DNA of 62,345 bases, from positions 1-62,345 of the forward strand of contig DAHUYA010000184.1 in the NCBI GenBank assembly GCA_027315445.1. The letters are read 5' to 3'. Shown here one piece after another: positions 38,799 through 47,606 of this stretch (position 1 is its first letter; each line of letters opens with the position of its first letter). The translations under genes were made by a program, and so were the position numbers. The DNA comes from Acidimicrobiaceae bacterium. GTDB lineage: Bacteria > Actinomycetota > Acidimicrobiia > Acidimicrobiales > RAAP-2. Under the pieces are notes generated by a model. It searched no databases. It was given only the letters and a program-made list of their open reading frames with translations, and was not told the DNA's origin.

Positions 38799-38805
38799 TC
38801 AGCCG

Positions 38806-39870
38806 ATGATCCTCGAGATCCTGCTGGCGCTGGTGGCCAGTCTCTTCACCGCCACCTCGTCGGTGGCACAGCGGGTGGCCGCCGCCCCCGCACCGGGCGA
38901 GCTCACCTTCAGCTGGCGGCTGCTCGCCTTCCTTCTCAAGCGGCCGATCTGGTTCCTGGGCGTCGTCTGCATGATCGCCGGGTTCCTCTTCCAACTGGCG
39001 GCGTTGCACTTCGGCCAGCTGACGCTGGTGCAGCCGGTCATCGCCACCGAGCTTCTCTTCGTCTTCGCCTACCTGGCGCTGCGTAGCCGCAACCGGGTCC
39101 ACTTCCGCGACTGGGTGGCTGCTGCCGGCATGGCGGTCGGGCTCGGCGGCTTCCTCTTCCTCGCCGACCCCTCGGGCGGTCAGGCGGGCAACGCCACCAC
39201 GGAGACCTGGCTGCTGGCGGCCCTCGCCACCTTCGGCGCGGTCGCGCTCGTCGTGGGTGCCGCCTTCGTCCGGTACCGCCCGGGTGCGCACGCCAACCCG
39301 GCGCGCAAGGCGGCCCTGCTGTCGATCGCCGCCGGCACCGCCTGGGGCTTCATGGCGGCCGTCATCAAGGAGCTGAGCGTCCACGTGAACCAGGGGGCGG
39401 CCGCCGTCTTCACCAACTGGTCGCCCTACGCGCTGGTGGGGGGCGGGGCGGTGGCCATGTACCTCGTGACCATCGCCTTCCAGGCCGGGCCGCTCGCCGC
39501 CTCGCAGCCCGGTCTCACCATCTGCGACCCGCTGGTGGCCAGCCTGCTCGGGGTGACCATCTTCGGCGACCACATCCGCCACGGCCCGTGGGCGCTGGCC
39601 GGGGAGGCGGCGGCGGCGGTGGTGCTCGGCGCCAGCGTGGTGCTGCTCAGCCGCAGCCAGCTGATTCAGGCGCCCGAGCCGGTGGGGGCGGCCGGCGACG
39701 GGCAGGCGTCGGGTGACGGCACCCGACACGAGCCGGACGGGGTCCCTGGGCGACCCCTGCCCCGACCGGTGCCGGCGCCGCCCGGCGGCAGGCTCTCGCT
39801 CCGCTGCCGGCAGCTGGCGTTCCGCCTCCGCTTGGCGGTGCGCCGGCGTGACGCCCCGAGCCCAGGCTGA
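38806..39870 (+). CDS. DMT-superfamily-like integral membrane transporter (about 9-10 TM)
   Basis: ORF 38806..39870. Repeated hydrophobic segments with motifs such as FLGVVCMIAGFLFQLAALHFGQLTLVQPV and AFQAGPLAASQPGLTICDPLVASLLG. The last ~60 aa are Pro/Arg-rich and may be non-native. Confidence 0.65.
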   Translation: MILEILLALVASLFTATSSVAQRVAAAPAPGELTFSWRLLAFLLKRPIWFLGVVCMIAGFLFQLAALHFGQLTLVQPVIATELLFVFAYLALRSRNRVHFRDWVAAAGMAVGLGGFLFLADPSGGQAGNATTETWLLAALATFGAVALVVGAAFVRYRPGAHANPARKAALLSIAAGTAWGFMAAVIKELSVHVNQGAAAVFTNWSPYALVGGGAVAMYLVTIAFQAGPLAASQPGLTICDPLVASLLGVTIFGDHIRHGPWALAGEAAAAVVLGASVVLLSRSQLIQAPEPVGAAGDGQASGDGTRHEPDGVPGRPLPRPVPAPPGGRLSLRCRQLAFRLRLAVRRRDAPSPG

Positions 39871-40735
39871 GCTCCCTCCGACGCGGACCGTGGGAGGGAC
39901 CTTCGGGGAGGACGTGGTGGTCGAGCGAACCGGTGCGGGGCGGTACCGGGCGGCGCTCGGGCACGAGTGGGACCTGGCATCCCTGCCGCAGGGCGGGGTG
40001 GTGGCGTCGTTCGCCCTCCGGGCGGCTGCGGCCGAGGTGGGGGACCCCACCCAGCAGCTCCGGACGTGCACGGCCGTCTTCGCCGGACAGGTGGCGGCGG
40101 GCGAGCTCGAGATCGACGCGCGGGTGCTGCGCCGGGGCCGCTCGGCCAGCCAGGTGGTGGCCGAGGTCCGCAACCGGGGGACCGACTCGGGCACGACGAC
40201 CGTCGCGGTGTTCGGCGGTCCGCGCCGGGGGCCGTCCTTCGTGGACGTGGCGCCCCCGGCGGTGAAGCCCCCGGCGGAGTGCCGCTCGTTCCGCGACCCG
40301 CCCCCACCGGAGGTGGGACGGCCGGACCCGCTGCCCTTCTGGACCAGGGTGGAGGGTAGGGCCGCCCTCGGCCACCCACCGTGGGAACGGCACCAGCCGA
40401 CCACCTCGGACGTGGCGGCGTGGGTGCGTTTCGACGACCCGCCGCGGTCGGCCGACGGGAGCCTCGACCCCCTGGGGGTGCTGACCCTGGCCGACCGGAT
40501 GCCCGGCTCGGTGAGCGAGCGGCTGGGGCACGACGGCGAGCCGTGGTTCGCCCCGAGCGCCGACCTGACCGTGCACTTCTTCGAGCCCGCCCGGACCCGG
40601 TGGCTGCTGGCCCACGACCGCGCCCGCTGGGCGGACGACGGATGGGCATCGGCCGAGACGACGCTCTGGAGCGAGGACGGGACGCTGGTGGCCTACGCCA
40701 CGCAGATGATGCTGTTCACCTACCTGTCGCCTTGA
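39848..40735 (+). CDS. acyl-CoA thioesterase-like protein (TesB-like double hot-dog)
   Basis: In ORF 39713..40735: ...YRAALGHEWDLASLPQGGVVASFALRAAAAEV...ELEIDARVLRRGRSASQVVAEVRN...DLTVHFFEP...WASAETTLWSEDGTLVAYATQMMLF. Start uncertain (GTG 39848 or 39890). Confidence 0.6.
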   Translation: MTPRAQAELPPTRTVGGTFGEDVVVERTGAGRYRAALGHEWDLASLPQGGVVASFALRAAAAEVGDPTQQLRTCTAVFAGQVAAGELEIDARVLRRGRSASQVVAEVRNRGTDSGTTTVAVFGGPRRGPSFVDVAPPAVKPPAECRSFRDPPPPEVGRPDPLPFWTRVEGRAALGHPPWERHQPTTSDVAAWVRFDDPPRSADGSLDPLGVLTLADRMPGSVSERLGHDGEPWFAPSADLTVHFFEPARTRWLLAHDRARWADDGWASAETTLWSEDGTLVAYATQMMLFTYLSP

Positions 40736-40986
40736 CGTGGCCGGATCGTGGATCCGGTTCGAGAGCAGCTGGGTGGCGGCACGGTGGCAACGGCTGCTCG
40801 GGGATCTACGTGCCTCCGGTCGACCGTGTCCGCCAGGAAGGCGGCGTCCTGGCGAGCCCCGGTTTCGCCGGTAACCGAGATTTAAGTCGGCCGTCACGTT
40901 CTGTCCGGGGCCGGTTCACCTGGTCTTCCTAGCGTACGCCTCGGTCGGGGCGGAGGGTCCCGGCGACATACCCAAGGAAAGGCGGA

Positions 40987-42648
40987 GTGTCAATGGGACT
41001 TCTCTCCTCACGCGCCGGCAAGCGACGCGTGCTCGGTCTGCGGGCCTTGCGGCGCGCACTGGGCGTCGGCGGCTCGCTCGCCGGGGCGGGCGCCATCATG
41101 CTGGCGTTCTCGCTGCCGGCCGGCGCCACCGTCACCGGCCCGGCCAACAGCACGCTGATCGGTAGCGGGTCGAGCACGACCTACTACATGATGCAGGGGA
41201 TCGACACCCTGTTCAACGACGCGCCCGGCTGCCAGCAGTTCGTGCCGTTCCCGTCGGCCACGACGCCGCAGAACCTCGACTACAGCTGCTCGCAGCCACC
41301 GACCAGCGCGGCCAACCCCGAGAACCCGTACAACGACATCTCGGTGCAGGAGGCCCCGCTGGGGTCGAGCAGCGGCATCGCCCAGCTCGAGGACCAGGGC
41401 TCCCACGGGCCGACCGCCACCTCGGGTGGGGCGTCGATCAACGTGGCCGACAACATCAGCTACGCCCGGAGCTCGCGGGCCCTCAAGAGCTCGGACCTCG
41501 AGGGCCTGAACTTCGTGGGCTACGCCCAGGACGGCGTGAGCTGGTTCCACTACCTCACGGTGGGCGGCGTCGCCACCCCGTCCAACCAGGTGAACGACCT
41601 CACCAAGGCCCAGCTGCAGGGCATCTGGAACGGGACCTACACCAACTGGGACCAGCTCTGCAACGGCGGCGCGGCGCCCGGGTCCACCGGCGCGGTGTGC
41701 GGCAACAACGCTCCCATCGTGGTGTTCTCGGCCCAGGAGGGTTCGGGCACCCAGGGCACCTGGGCGACCTACCTCGGCTACGACCCCTCGGCGGCCGGCA
41801 ACCCGGTGAACTGCTACACGAACGCGAAGGGCAAGAACACCTGCGTGGGTCCGGCGGTGGTCTTCGAGAACGAGGACGCTCAGATCCGCACGACGGCGTT
41901 CACCTCGCCCCTGGGCGGCGGCACGAGCCAGGCGTCGTTCGTCTCGAAGTCCAACCCCGACTGGGGTGGCAAGAAGGCGACCAACGCCAACATCGAGAGT
42001 GACGCCGTGTTCTTCTTCTCGTACGGCCGCTACCAGCACCAGTGCGCCATCAAGAAGACGGAGTGCGGTGGCAGCCCGCTCGGCAAGGGCACGACCAACG
42101 CCCTCCCCAACGTCAACGGGGTGACGCTCAGCGAGGCCACCATCCTCGAGGGGCTGTGGCCGATCGACCGGTACCTCTACAACGTGTACTCGAACGGCTA
42201 CAACTACAACCTGAACGGGTCGACCACCTACATCCCGCCGTCGTCGGCCGCCACCCTGAACTACGTCAGTGAGCTCGGCTTCATCTGCAACCCCAACAAG
42301 GGCGGGTCGGCGAACATCGTGGACCCGAACACCGGGGCCAGCTACCTCTCGGAGCTGCAGTCGACGATGCTGAACTTCGGGTTCTACCCGCTGTCGGCGG
42401 GATCCTCGAGCGGCGTGGTGAACCAGACGCCGATCGACGAGGGGAGCGTGCCCCACCCGGCGTCGGCCATGCTGGGCGCGGGCACAGTCGACGGCAACAA
42501 CGGGACCGGTGGGTACAACGGGACGACTCCGTCCCTGTACGGCTACTCGAACTACCAGCCGTTCGACGCGTACACCACCAACACCAGCACGGGCGACCCG
42601 ATGGGCTACTGCCTGACCTACACCACGGACAGCAACCCCGGCACCTAG
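40987..42648 (+). CDS. pstS: PstS-family phosphate-binding protein, unusually long (553 aa), secreted
   Basis: ORF 40987..42648 (ATG also at 40993), RBS AAGGAAAGG. Signal peptide, then LIGSGSSTTYYMMQGI...ISYARSSRALK...LNFVGYAQDGVSWF...QLQGIWNGTYTNWDQL...VVFSAQEGSGTQ. Positioned ahead of pstCAB. Confidence 0.8.
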   Translation: MSMGLLSSRAGKRRVLGLRALRRALGVGGSLAGAGAIMLAFSLPAGATVTGPANSTLIGSGSSTTYYMMQGIDTLFNDAPGCQQFVPFPSATTPQNLDYSCSQPPTSAANPENPYNDISVQEAPLGSSSGIAQLEDQGSHGPTATSGGASINVADNISYARSSRALKSSDLEGLNFVGYAQDGVSWFHYLTVGGVATPSNQVNDLTKAQLQGIWNGTYTNWDQLCNGGAAPGSTGAVCGNNAPIVVFSAQEGSGTQGTWATYLGYDPSAAGNPVNCYTNAKGKNTCVGPAVVFENEDAQIRTTAFTSPLGGGTSQASFVSKSNPDWGGKKATNANIESDAVFFFSYGRYQHQCAIKKTECGGSPLGKGTTNALPNVNGVTLSEATILEGLWPIDRYLYNVYSNGYNYNLNGSTTYIPPSSAATLNYVSELGFICNPNKGGSANIVDPNTGASYLSELQSTMLNFGFYPLSAGSSSGVVNQTPIDEGSVPHPASAMLGAGTVDGNNGTGGYNGTTPSLYGYSNYQPFDAYTTNTSTGDPMGYCLTYTTDSNPGT

Positions 42649-42663
42649 TCGGCGGCGGGAACT

Positions 42664-42774
42664 CCCGGCCCGGGGTGGATGAAGCCCGGGCCGGGTACGG
42701 GAAGCAGCACCAGTACAAGAGCAGGGGGGCCAGGGTCCAGCTTCGGCTGGGCCCTGGCCCATGCCTGCGGGCAT
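42664..42774 (+). promoter_or_regulatory. three consecutive GC-rich stem-loops in the pstS-pstC spacer (intercistronic attenuator/processing or stabiliser element)
   Basis: cccggcccggg (42664-74) pairs with cccgggccggg (42685-95), 11-bp perfect stem. gggccaggg-t-ccagc TTCG gctgg-g-ccctggccc spans 42727-42760. atgcc tgcg ggcat spans 42761-42774. Confidence 0.6.
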
Positions 42775-42795
42775 TTCACAAGTCTCGAATGAAGA

Positions 42796-43839
42796 ATGGA
42801 GCGGGCGGGCTCGGTGGCCTACGGCACGATCACAAGCGAGATACGCCCCGGCGACGGTACGCCGCTTGAGCCGCGACTCGTCGTCACCCGGCGGACCCGG
42901 AGCGACCTCTGGTTCCGGGGCACCGCCTACTCGGCCGGCACGGTGGTGCTCCTCGTCCTCGGCTTGATCGGCCTCTTCCTGGCACTCCAGTCCTGGCCGG
43001 CCCTTCACTACATGGGCCTGCGGTTCCTCACCACGCCGGCCTGGGTGCCGCAGTCCCAGCACGGTCACCCGGCATCGTTCGGGATCGGTGTGGCCGGGAT
43101 CGGCACGGTGATCGTGGCCGTGATCGCCCTGGTGGTCGCCGTGCCGTTCTCGTTCGGGGCGGCTCTCTTCATCAGCGAGTACGCCCCGCGGACCCTCCTC
43201 GGCGTCCTGCCGTTCAAGAGCGCCCTGACCTCGGTCGTCGACCTGATGGCGGCGGTGCCCTCGATCATCTACGGCCTCTGGGGGCTCCTGGTGCTGGAGC
43301 CCCACATGATCGGGTTGTCCCGCTGGATGTCCGATCACCTCGGCTTCATCCCCATCCTCAAGGTGCCGCGGGGTGACAGCATCTACACCGGGTCGTTCTT
43401 CATCGGCGGCGTGCTGGTCGGGATCATGCTGCTCCCGATCGTGACCTCGCTCAGCCGCGAGATCTTCTCCCTGACCCCGGTCGCCGAGCGAGAGGCGGCG
43501 CTGTCGCTCGGGGCCAGCCGGGCCCGGGTGATCCGTGACGTCGTACTGCCCTTCGGCAAAGGTGGCCTCGTCGGAGCGGTGATGCTCGGGCTCGGACGGG
43601 CCCTCGGCGAAGCCATCGCCGTGGCGACGGTCATCTCCCTGTCGTTCGTCCACAACTGGCACATCGTCTCGCCCGGCGCCAACAGCATCCCGGCACTGAT
43701 CGCCGACCTCTTCGGTTCGGGCGGCAAGCTCGGCCGCGAGGGCATGCTGGCGGCCGGTCTGGTGCTGTTCGTGTTCACCTTGGTGGTGAACACGCTGGCG
43801 TCGGTGGTGGTCGGGCGGACGAGGGCGCGGACGCGATGA
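42796..43839 (+). CDS. pstC: phosphate ABC transporter permease PstC
   Basis: ORF 42796..43839: typical PstC TM pattern with EAALSLGASRARVIRDVVLPFGKGGLVGAVMLGLGRALGEAIAV. Confidence 0.9.
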   Translation: MERAGSVAYGTITSEIRPGDGTPLEPRLVVTRRTRSDLWFRGTAYSAGTVVLLVLGLIGLFLALQSWPALHYMGLRFLTTPAWVPQSQHGHPASFGIGVAGIGTVIVAVIALVVAVPFSFGAALFISEYAPRTLLGVLPFKSALTSVVDLMAAVPSIIYGLWGLLVLEPHMIGLSRWMSDHLGFIPILKVPRGDSIYTGSFFIGGVLVGIMLLPIVTSLSREIFSLTPVAEREAALSLGASRARVIRDVVLPFGKGGLVGAVMLGLGRALGEAIAVATVISLSFVHNWHIVSPGANSIPALIADLFGSGGKLGREGMLAAGLVLFVFTLVVNTLASVVVGRTRARTR

Positions 43840-45011
43840 CCACCACGAGCGTCAACTCGACGCCCGGGCAACACCGCTTCCACCTGGGCCAGGGGCCGGC
43901 ACACCGACGGATGCGCCCTCGTGAGTTCGGACCGACCGACATCGTCCTGGCCGGACTCACCCTCCTGGCGGCGATCTGCACCGCCTGGATCGTGTTCGAC
44001 CAGTTGACGCTGTTGTCCGGGATGCTCGGGTTCGTCGTCGTCACCGCGGCTGTCTTCCTCCTCTACTACTACGTGCTCAACCGCCAGCTCCTCGGACGCC
44101 GGGCGGCGTCGGACCGGCTCATGGGTGCGGTCGCCACCCTGGCGATGGCGGCGATCATGACGCCGCTGGTGCTGATGGTCGGGTTCCTCTTCGAACGGGG
44201 CGCCCACCTGTTGAGCTGGCACGTCTTGACCACCACCCAGCAGGGCGTGCCGCTGGTCTGCGTGCCCCACCAGCACTGCGCCCAGGCGGGCGTGTTCCAC
44301 GCCATCGTGGGCACGGCCGAGCAGGTCGGCTTCGCCATGTTGCTCGGCGTGCCGGCCGGCATCCTGACCGCCGTCTACCTGAACGAGGTCGGCGGTCGCC
44401 TGGCGCACTGGGTCCGGGTGATCGTCACCGCCATGAGCGGGCTGCCGGCGATCGTGGCCGGCATCTTCATTTACTCGATCTGGGTGCTCAAGTTCCACTT
44501 CTCGGGGTTCGCCGGCTCACTGGCGCTGGCGATCCTCTTGCTGCCGACGGTCACCCGCGGCACCGAAGAGGTGCTCAAGATCGTGCCAGGCGACCTGCGC
44601 GAGGCGTCGGCGGCCTTGGGCGCCCCGCAGTGGCGGACGGTCTGGTCGGTGGTGTTGCCCACCGCCCGCTCGGGCATCCTGACCGCCGTCATGCTCGGCA
44701 TCGCCGTCACCATCGGCGAGACGGCGCCGCTGCTCTTCACCGTCTTCGGCTCGACCACCACGAACTGGAACCTGTTCGGCGGCCCGCAGGCCTCTCTGCC
44801 CTTCCTCATCTGGGAGATGGTGAAGCTGGCGTCGAAGAGCACGATCGACCTCGCCTACACGGCCGCGCTGGTGCTCTTCCTGCTCGTCTTCGTCGTCTTC
44901 CTGTCGGGGAGGATCCTCGGCAGTCCGTGGCTCGGATCGGCCGTGCGGAGCCTGGCGAACCGTCGATCGGCCCGCCGCCGGGTGGCCTTGGAGGAGGTTG
45001 CAGACCGGTGA
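43836..45011 (+). CDS. pstA: phosphate ABC transporter permease PstA
   Basis: ORF 43836..45011, ATGA overlap with pstC: ...LREASAALGAPQWRTVWSVVLPTARSGILTAVMLGIAVTIGETAPLLFT. Confidence 0.9.
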   Translation: MTTTSVNSTPGQHRFHLGQGPAHRRMRPREFGPTDIVLAGLTLLAAICTAWIVFDQLTLLSGMLGFVVVTAAVFLLYYYVLNRQLLGRRAASDRLMGAVATLAMAAIMTPLVLMVGFLFERGAHLLSWHVLTTTQQGVPLVCVPHQHCAQAGVFHAIVGTAEQVGFAMLLGVPAGILTAVYLNEVGGRLAHWVRVIVTAMSGLPAIVAGIFIYSIWVLKFHFSGFAGSLALAILLLPTVTRGTEEVLKIVPGDLREASAALGAPQWRTVWSVVLPTARSGILTAVMLGIAVTIGETAPLLFTVFGSTTTNWNLFGGPQASLPFLIWEMVKLASKSTIDLAYTAALVLFLLVFVVFLSGRILGSPWLGSAVRSLANRRSARRRVALEEVADR

Positions 45012-45013
45012 CC

Positions 45014-45844
45014 ATGTCACTCGGGAGGAGAGCGGTCGGTGTCCCCCCGGCCCGCCCGATCACCGCGGGTCGCGAAGCCGGTGAGATGGTGGCCGAGGGG
45101 GTCTGCGCCTGGTTCGGCAAGCGGCTCGTGCTCGAGGACGTCACCTTGACCATGGCCCGCAACGAGGTCACCGCCCTCATCGGGCCGTCGGGGTGCGGCA
45201 AGTCGACCTTCCTGCGGATCCTGAACCGGATGCACGAGACCATCGACGGGGCACAGTTGGCGGGGACGGTGTCGTTGAACGGCACAGACATCTACGGCCT
45301 CGAGCAGCGGGCTGTCGAGGTGCGGCGGCACATCGGCATGGTCTTCCAACGGCCGAACCCGTTCCCCGCCATGACGATCGCCCAGAACGTGCTGTCGGGC
45401 CTCCGGTTCAACCGGTTGCGGGTGGCCAACCCCGACGAGGTGGTCGAGGAGGCGCTCGTCAAGGCCGGGCTCTGGAACGAGGTCCGCAACCGGCTGAAGG
45501 CGCTCGGTGGTGACCTCTCCGGCGGCCAGCAGCAGCGGCTCTGCATCGCCCGGGCGCTGGCGCTGCGACCGAGCGTGCTGCTGATGGACGAGCCGTGCTC
45601 CGCCCTCGACCCGACGTCGACCCGGCGGATCGAGCAGACCATCGGCGATATCTCCCACGAGGTCACGGTGGTGATCGTGACCCACAACATGCAGCAGGCC
45701 CAGCGGGTCTCCGACCGCTGCGCATTCTTCCTGGCCGGCGAGGACGAGCCGGGCCGGGTGGTGGAGGAAGGTCCGACCGAGCAGATGTTCGGCAACCCCG
45801 ATGATCCGCGCACGAGGGACTACGTCAATGGCCAGTTCGGCTAG
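45014..45844 (+). CDS. pstB: phosphate ABC transporter ATP-binding protein PstB
   Basis: In ORF 44630..45844, ATG 45014: ...ALIGPSGCGKSTFLRILNRMHE...RRHIGMVFQRPNPFP...LSGGQQQRLCIARALA...LLMDEPCSALDP...VTHNMQQAQRVSD...TRDYVNGQFG. Confidence 0.93.
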   Translation: MSLGRRAVGVPPARPITAGREAGEMVAEGVCAWFGKRLVLEDVTLTMARNEVTALIGPSGCGKSTFLRILNRMHETIDGAQLAGTVSLNGTDIYGLEQRAVEVRRHIGMVFQRPNPFPAMTIAQNVLSGLRFNRLRVANPDEVVEEALVKAGLWNEVRNRLKALGGDLSGGQQQRLCIARALALRPSVLLMDEPCSALDPTSTRRIEQTIGDISHEVTVVIVTHNMQQAQRVSDRCAFFLAGEDEPGRVVEEGPTEQMFGNPDDPRTRDYVNGQFG

Positions 45845-47606
45845 GGAGCGTCGGCGGGCGGCGGCCCGCCTCGTCGCCGTGCTGGGACTGTTGCTCGGGG
45901 TCCTGGCGACGGTGGTCGGCGCCGTTGGGATGGTGACCGCCGGTCCGGCGTCGGCGGCCGGTCCGACCGTCCTCGGTACCGGCTCGAGCTATGCCGCCCT
46001 CGCCCTCCAGCAGTGGCAGCAGCAGATCGCCAGCTACGGGATCGACATCAATTACCAGAGCTCGTCGTCGGTCCTCGGCCTCAACGAGTACGCCCAGGGC
46101 CAGGTCAACTTCGCCGCCAGCGAGATCGGCTACTCGACCGGCCAGGCGGCCTACACGCCCTCGCCGCCGTACTCGCCGTACCAGTACCTGCCGGACGTCG
46201 CCGGAGCCGAGTGCCTGATGTACAACCTCGACAGCCCGTCGGGCACCCACATCACGACGCTGCACCTCGACGCCCAGGTGCTGATGCAGATGTTCGACGG
46301 CGAGATCTCCCAGTGGAACGACCCGGCCATCGCCGGCCTCAACCCCGGCCTCAACCTGCCGGCGACGTCGATCACCAAGGTGTACCGAAGCGACCCGTCG
46401 GGTGACAACTACATCTTCACCGACTACTTCTCGACCCTCTACCCGTCCGACTGGAACGCGTTCAACGCCGCCATGGGCACCCCCGACGGTGCACAGGCCA
46501 TCTACCCGCAACCGTCGAACGGCGTCGGCGGCCAGCACGGGCCCTACGACATCAGCAACTTCCAGAGCCAGTCCGGGTCGGACAACGCCTCGGAGTACGT
46601 GGCCGGCAATCCCAACTCGATCACCTACGTCGAGACCGGCTACGCGATCACCAACCACGAGCCGTGCGCCTCCATCGAGAACGCCGCCGGCGACTTCGTC
46701 CAGCCCAGCGTGACCGCCGACGCGGTCGCCCTCACCCAGGACCAGCTGGAGCCCGACCTCGAGCAGATCCTGACCGGGGTGTTCTTGAACCCGAACCCGG
46801 TGGCCTATCCGATCTCCGCCTACAGCTACCTGATCACCCAGGAGAACGGGCAGCCGGCACCGTCAATCGGTGCCGCACTCGGGGAGTACATCCACTACTT
46901 CGCCTGTCAGGGCCAGACTGGGGCCGAGGCCATCGGGTACTCGCCGATACCGCCCAACCTGGTGGCCGACGACTTCGCCGCCGTGAACCGGCTGAACGGT
47001 GCGGCGACCCTTCCCACGCCGGACGCCTCGAATTGCCCGAATCCCTACTTGACCGGCGCACTGCCGCTGCCCGGTGAGCCGATCCAGCTCGGGGGGACAC
47101 CCGGCGGCTCCGGTGGCGGGGGCGGCTCCGGTGGCGGCGGCGCCGGGAGCTCCGGCGGCTCCGGTGGCAGCGGCGCCGGGAGCTCCGGCGGGGGGTCGGG
47201 TGGCGGGAGCTCCAGCGGCGGCGACTCCGGTGGGACGTCCGGGGGGAGCGCGGCCAACCGGACGACCGGGACGACGGCGGCGGGAGCGTCGAAGGTCCTG
47301 CCGAGCGGCGTGTCTGTCCAGGCGGCGGTGGCGGCGGCGGCGGCCAAGCAACGCCAGGTGGCGCAGAAGCTGAAGAAGAAGGCGGCTCAGGAAGCCGGGC
47401 AATCCCCCGGTGCCGCCGAGCTCAGTGCGGCCGACACCCTCTACCGCGCCCCGCTGCCCACCCGGGAGATCCTGGCCTGGAGCGGCGTGGCCCTGGCCCT
47501 CTTCGCCGTCGTCCCCCTCGCGTTGGCGCTGGCGACCCGTCGCCGTCGGCGCCGCCACGCGGAGGCGGTCGTGATCGACGACCCTATCGGAGGCGCGGGG
47601 GCATGA
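45828..47606 (+). CDS. PstS/PBP_like_2-type binding-protein paralog with Gly/Ser-rich stalk, C-terminal TM anchor and poly-Arg stop-transfer
   Basis: In ORF 45801..47606. ATG 45828 overlaps the pstB 3' end by 17 nt. Signal/TM, then VLGTGSSYAALALQQWQQQI...INYQSSSSVLGLNEY..VNFAASEIGY...LDAQVLMQMFDGEISQWNDP...; GS-rich repeats at 47100-47240; ...PLPTREILAWSGVALALFAVVPLALALATRRRRRRH. Confidence 0.75.
   Translation: MASSARERRRAAARLVAVLGLLLGVLATVVGAVGMVTAGPASAAGPTVLGTGSSYAALALQQWQQQIASYGIDINYQSSSSVLGLNEYAQGQVNFAASEIGYSTGQAAYTPSPPYSPYQYLPDVAGAECLMYNLDSPSGTHITTLHLDAQVLMQMFDGEISQWNDPAIAGLNPGLNLPATSITKVYRSDPSGDNYIFTDYFSTLYPSDWNAFNAAMGTPDGAQAIYPQPSNGVGGQHGPYDISNFQSQSGSDNASEYVAGNPNSITYVETGYAITNHEPCASIENAAGDFVQPSVTADAVALTQDQLEPDLEQILTGVFLNPNPVAYPISAYSYLITQENGQPAPSIGAALGEYIHYFACQGQTGAEAIGYSPIPPNLVADDFAAVNRLNGAATLPTPDASNCPNPYLTGALPLPGEPIQLGGTPGGSGGGGGSGGGGAGSSGGSGGSGAGSSGGGSGGGSSSGGDSGGTSGGSAANRTTGTTAAGASKVLPSGVSVQAAVAAAAAKQRQVAQKLKKKAAQEAGQSPGAAELSAADTLYRAPLPTREILAWSGVALALFAVVPLALALATRRRRRRHAEAVVIDDPIGGAGA

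Noticed and set aside
38742-39086. ORF 38742..39086 (+), whose N-terminus contains PEGWGES twice.
   Set aside because: The repeat is just the 21-bp tandem duplication read in another frame. The rest is Arg/Gly-rich and overlaps the well-supported DMT gene out of frame.
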